Shown: positions 61,549-64,000 of the stretch, piece after piece | How positions within the stretch are numbered: the first letter of the stretch is position 1 | How the letters are laid out: each line of letters begins with the position of its first letter | IMG/VR virus record: IMGVR_UViG_2772190730_000001 | Span: 12,618 to 76,617 of that record | Origin: a virus | Taxonomy: Duplodnaviria > Caudoviricetes | Length of the DNA stretch: 64,000 nucleotides | Strand: one strand, 5' to 3' | Made by a program: the position numbers and the translations under genes | The notes under the pieces: generated by a model | Databases searched by the model: none | The model's input: only the letters and a program-made list of their open reading frames with translations | Told to the model about the DNA's origin: nothing

Positions 61549-61844
61549 GCCACACCGGCGCAGGCAGCGCTTGCAATCTGCATAGCCGGGTCGTCGACCG
61601 GGAGATTAAAGTCGAGCTTGAACAGGTCGTTGATGTCCCGATCAACCAGAACCGAGATCTGCTTGGCGACCGTCTCCGTGGTGCGGATGCGGCCCGACGT
61701 GATCTGGCTGAGCGTGTCGCGCCTGACCTGCAAGATAGCTGCCAGACGCGAAGGCGCGTAGCCGCTCTTGCTGATGGCGATCCGCAGGGTCTCCGGATCC
61801 CTGACCTTGACCCGCTTCGCTTCGGTCGCCGCCGTTACTGCCAT
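61545..61844 (-). CDS. Cro-like XRE HTH regulator
   Basis: LRIAISKSGYAPSRLAAILQVRRDTLSQITSGR; divergent from the repressor; GGAAGGGG RBS. Confidence 0.8.
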   Translation of the reverse strand: MAVTAATEAKRVKVRDPETLRIAISKSGYAPSRLAAILQVRRDTLSQITSGRIRTTETVAKQISVLVDRDINDLFKLDFNLPVDDPAMQIASAACAGVA

Positions 61845-61895
61845 CGCAGTGCCCCCTTCCTCCGGGCTCGTCCTCACGAGATTCGAAGGTAGCAC

Positions 61896-62085
61896 CTGAC
61901 CAGCGTAAACCGCTACCTACGTTTAACGGTGTGTCACGGCTGGTGGGCGTAGGAGTGATTTACGGCGACGGCCGGAACGCTGTAAACGCGTGGCAGTAAG
62001 GTGACGCCTGACATCGGCAGGCCGCAGGGGTATTGAGCCGCCCCGCAGGCTTGACGACCACGCCGACCGCCGGGAGCATCCGCCT
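61896..62085. promoter_or_regulatory. Lysis-lysogeny switch region with an operator-like motif
   Basis: Divergent intergenic region; GTAAACCGCTACCTACG at 61905-61921 and further GTAAAC/TTTAC half-sites. Confidence 0.6.
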
Positions 62086-62511
62086 ATGTCCGAAACGGGC
62101 GCAGACGATAAAGGGATGTACTTCGCGAAGCTCCTCCTGGATGCCATCCAGTCCAAGAGGAACAAGGCGACGGTCCCGGCGGACTCCGTATGGCTTGCCG
62201 ACAAGGCCATCGATCCGCTCACCGGCAAGAAGGCCCTGACCCGCCAGAGCGCGAGCGAGCTCCTTACCGAACCCCGCAAGGGAGCACTCGCTACCTCCAC
62301 CGAGCGCGCACTGGCGCACCTGCTCTGGGACGACGACGACAGCGTCATCTACATCGCCGTTGCCATCAGCCGTGGCAGCCGGCCCCCCAAGGGCAAGTCC
62401 GCCTGGGCCCAGGCCATCCCGTCCTACATCGATCAGCTCCCCGAGGGCTACAAGTCCGCCACCAGTAGCGCGATCTACTACACGGCCCGCGCGTACGGGC
62501 TCACCGACTAA
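62086..62511 (+). CDS. Putative immunity repressor (atypical)
   Basis: 141 aa; the call rests mainly on position between cro and int. Weak HTH-like LTRQSASELL. Confidence 0.5.
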   Translation: MSETGADDKGMYFAKLLLDAIQSKRNKATVPADSVWLADKAIDPLTGKKALTRQSASELLTEPRKGALATSTERALAHLLWDDDDSVIYIAVAISRGSRPPKGKSAWAQAIPSYIDQLPEGYKSATSSAIYYTARAYGLTD

Positions 62512-62533
62512 CGCACACCGTCGGAAGGCAGCC

Positions 62534-64000
62534 ATGAAGGGGCAGACCTACAAGCGGTGTGCCGAGCACGGCAACACTGGAGTCGACGGCATCCCCGCCT
62601 GCCGGAAGGATCACGGCAGCTGGTACTTCCGCGCCGATGGCGAGAAGAACACCCGCACCGGCCGGCGCCGCCAGGTCAACAAGGGCGGCTTCCGGATCCG
62701 CGACGACGCTCAGGACGCGCTGACCAAGCACCTCGCGTCCATCGGTGCCGGGACCTACGCCGACGACGAGGGCATGACCCTGGGCCAGTGGTTCGACCTC
62801 TGGCTCGCGCAGCTGGCCGAGAAGGGTCGAGCGAAGCGGACCCTGACCACGTACCGGTCCCATATCGAGAACGTCCTGCGCCCCGCCCTGGGCGACGAGC
62901 GGCTGCGTGATATCCGCCGCCGCGACATCGACACGATGCTCCGCCGAGCCGTCCACCCTGACCATGGGTCGCTGCCCTCGCGTGACGAGCTGGCCGCCGA
63001 GGGGCGCGAGAAGTGCCCGCAGATCAAGGACAACGGGGAGCCTTGCAAGAACTGGAAGGTCTGGGGCGGCGACTTCTGTGGAGCCCACGGCGGGAAGCCA
63101 GCTGAGGTCCGGAGTAACGGCGGGCGACGCGTTGCGAAACGTGAGCCAGGAACCCTCGACTCCTACCGGCGGACCCTGCGCTCCTGCCTGTCCGCTGCCC
63201 AGCGGCAGGGCCGGATCCAGGTCAATCATGCTCGCGGAGAGCTGGACTCGATCCCCACGGTCCGGCCCCGCCGGGGCAAAGCCTGGGAACCGGAGGACGC
63301 CGCGAAGTTCCTTGCAGGGGTCCAGGGTGACGACCTGGAGGCCATGTGGGAGATCGCTACGTTCTACGGCCAGCGCCGCGGTGAGCTCATCGGGATCGCC
63401 CGCTCCGACATCGACCTCACCAGCGCCCGGAAGGGATTCGAGATCCATCAGACTGTGTCCGACCTGGCCGGTCCGCAGGACTGCGCGCTGTGTGGGGGAG
63501 TCCACCGCGGCTGGCAGATCAAGGGTCTCGAGCTGACCGGTGAGCTCGGCACGAAGGGTGAGCGGGGCGAGCGGTGGCAGCCCCTGGTCGGCACGATCCC
63601 GGCATCCCTGGCCGCGCACTTCGCCCGGCAGGACGAGCACATCAAGGCCTGGCGGGACGAGGACCTGCCCTACCGCGACCATGGCCTGGCGTTCTGCCAG
63701 GCGAACGGTGACGCGCTGCGCCCGGACTGGGTGACGAAGCGCCACGGTGAGCTGTGCGAGGAGCTCGGCCTGCCCCGGATTCGGCTGCACGACATGCGCC
63801 ACGGCGCCGCCAGCCTGCTGCTGATGGCCGGCGTCACCCGCGAGACCGTCGCGATGATCCTCGGCCACGACCCGGCGGTCACGATGAAGACCTATGCCCA
63901 CCAGCTGCACGGCCCGGCGGCCGACGCGATCACCGCGGCGATGACCCTGGTCCTCGGCGAGGGCGGGTCGATCCGGGGCGGGCTGCGGTCGACGGGGTGA
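62534..64000 (+). CDS. int: Tyrosine integrase with Cys/His insertions
   Basis: Arm-binding N-domain (NKGGFR), GQRRGEL, RLHDMRH, ILGH, TMKTYAH. GGAAGG RBS before ATG 62534; TGA at 63998-64000. Confidence 0.96.
   Translation: MKGQTYKRCAEHGNTGVDGIPACRKDHGSWYFRADGEKNTRTGRRRQVNKGGFRIRDDAQDALTKHLASIGAGTYADDEGMTLGQWFDLWLAQLAEKGRAKRTLTTYRSHIENVLRPALGDERLRDIRRRDIDTMLRRAVHPDHGSLPSRDELAAEGREKCPQIKDNGEPCKNWKVWGGDFCGAHGGKPAEVRSNGGRRVAKREPGTLDSYRRTLRSCLSAAQRQGRIQVNHARGELDSIPTVRPRRGKAWEPEDAAKFLAGVQGDDLEAMWEIATFYGQRRGELIGIARSDIDLTSARKGFEIHQTVSDLAGPQDCALCGGVHRGWQIKGLELTGELGTKGERGERWQPLVGTIPASLAAHFARQDEHIKAWRDEDLPYRDHGLAFCQANGDALRPDWVTKRHGELCEELGLPRIRLHDMRHGAASLLLMAGVTRETVAMILGHDPAVTMKTYAHQLHGPAADAITAAMTLVLGEGGSIRGGLRSTG

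Larger units (their letters stand above)
1..64000. mobile_element. Temperate siphovirus prophage, partial (both ends probably outside the window), from a high-GC actinobacterial host
   Basis: Integrase, repressor/cro, replication, terminase, portal, protease, capsid, tail tube and tape measure occur in the usual modular order. Many ATGA/GTGA start-stop overlaps. Confidence 0.96.

Noticed and set aside
1-64000. tRNA, rRNA, endolysin/holin and att core sites
   Set aside because: None was recognised. The lysis genes and both att sites probably lie outside the window; tRNAscan-SE and the flanking sequence would be needed to confirm.

Overview
The whole window is part of a high-GC, actinobacterial-type temperate siphovirus prophage. 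It reads mostly right-to-left and probably extends beyond both window edges. Right end: tyrosine integrase, putative repressor, cro-like and excisionase-like genes. Next comes an early region with a Cas4-like exonuclease, a Gp3-like recombination protein, a LexA-like DNA-binding protein, a RuvC-like resolvase, a BRO/ANT antirepressor, a replication initiator, a CbbX/SpoVK-type AAA+ ATPase, DUF4326, a frameshifted ASCH gene and a phage Dam methylase. The left half holds packaging and morphogenesis genes: two HNH proteins, terminases, portal, protease, HK97-type capsid, neck, tail tube, frameshifting chaperone and tape measure. Features that an ordinary prophage does not explain: (1) a mobilisation module (MOBF relaxase-helicase, VirD4-like coupling protein, DUF4913- and DUF2637-like genes, candidate oriT) between the early and late regions, with no mating-pore genes; (2) a glycan-directed set, comprising a beta-helix plus GH26 tail protein absent from the supplied ORF track, a second beta-helix spike, an SGNH esterase and an antisense Wzy-like moron; (3) five adjacent small genes sharing a TANNNT-N6/7-ATG leaderless-promoter motif; (4) a recurring 17-bp operator-like motif; (5) several unusual domain fusions. 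No rRNA, tRNA or CRISPR array was recognised. All family assignments come from reading motifs by eye, not from database searches.
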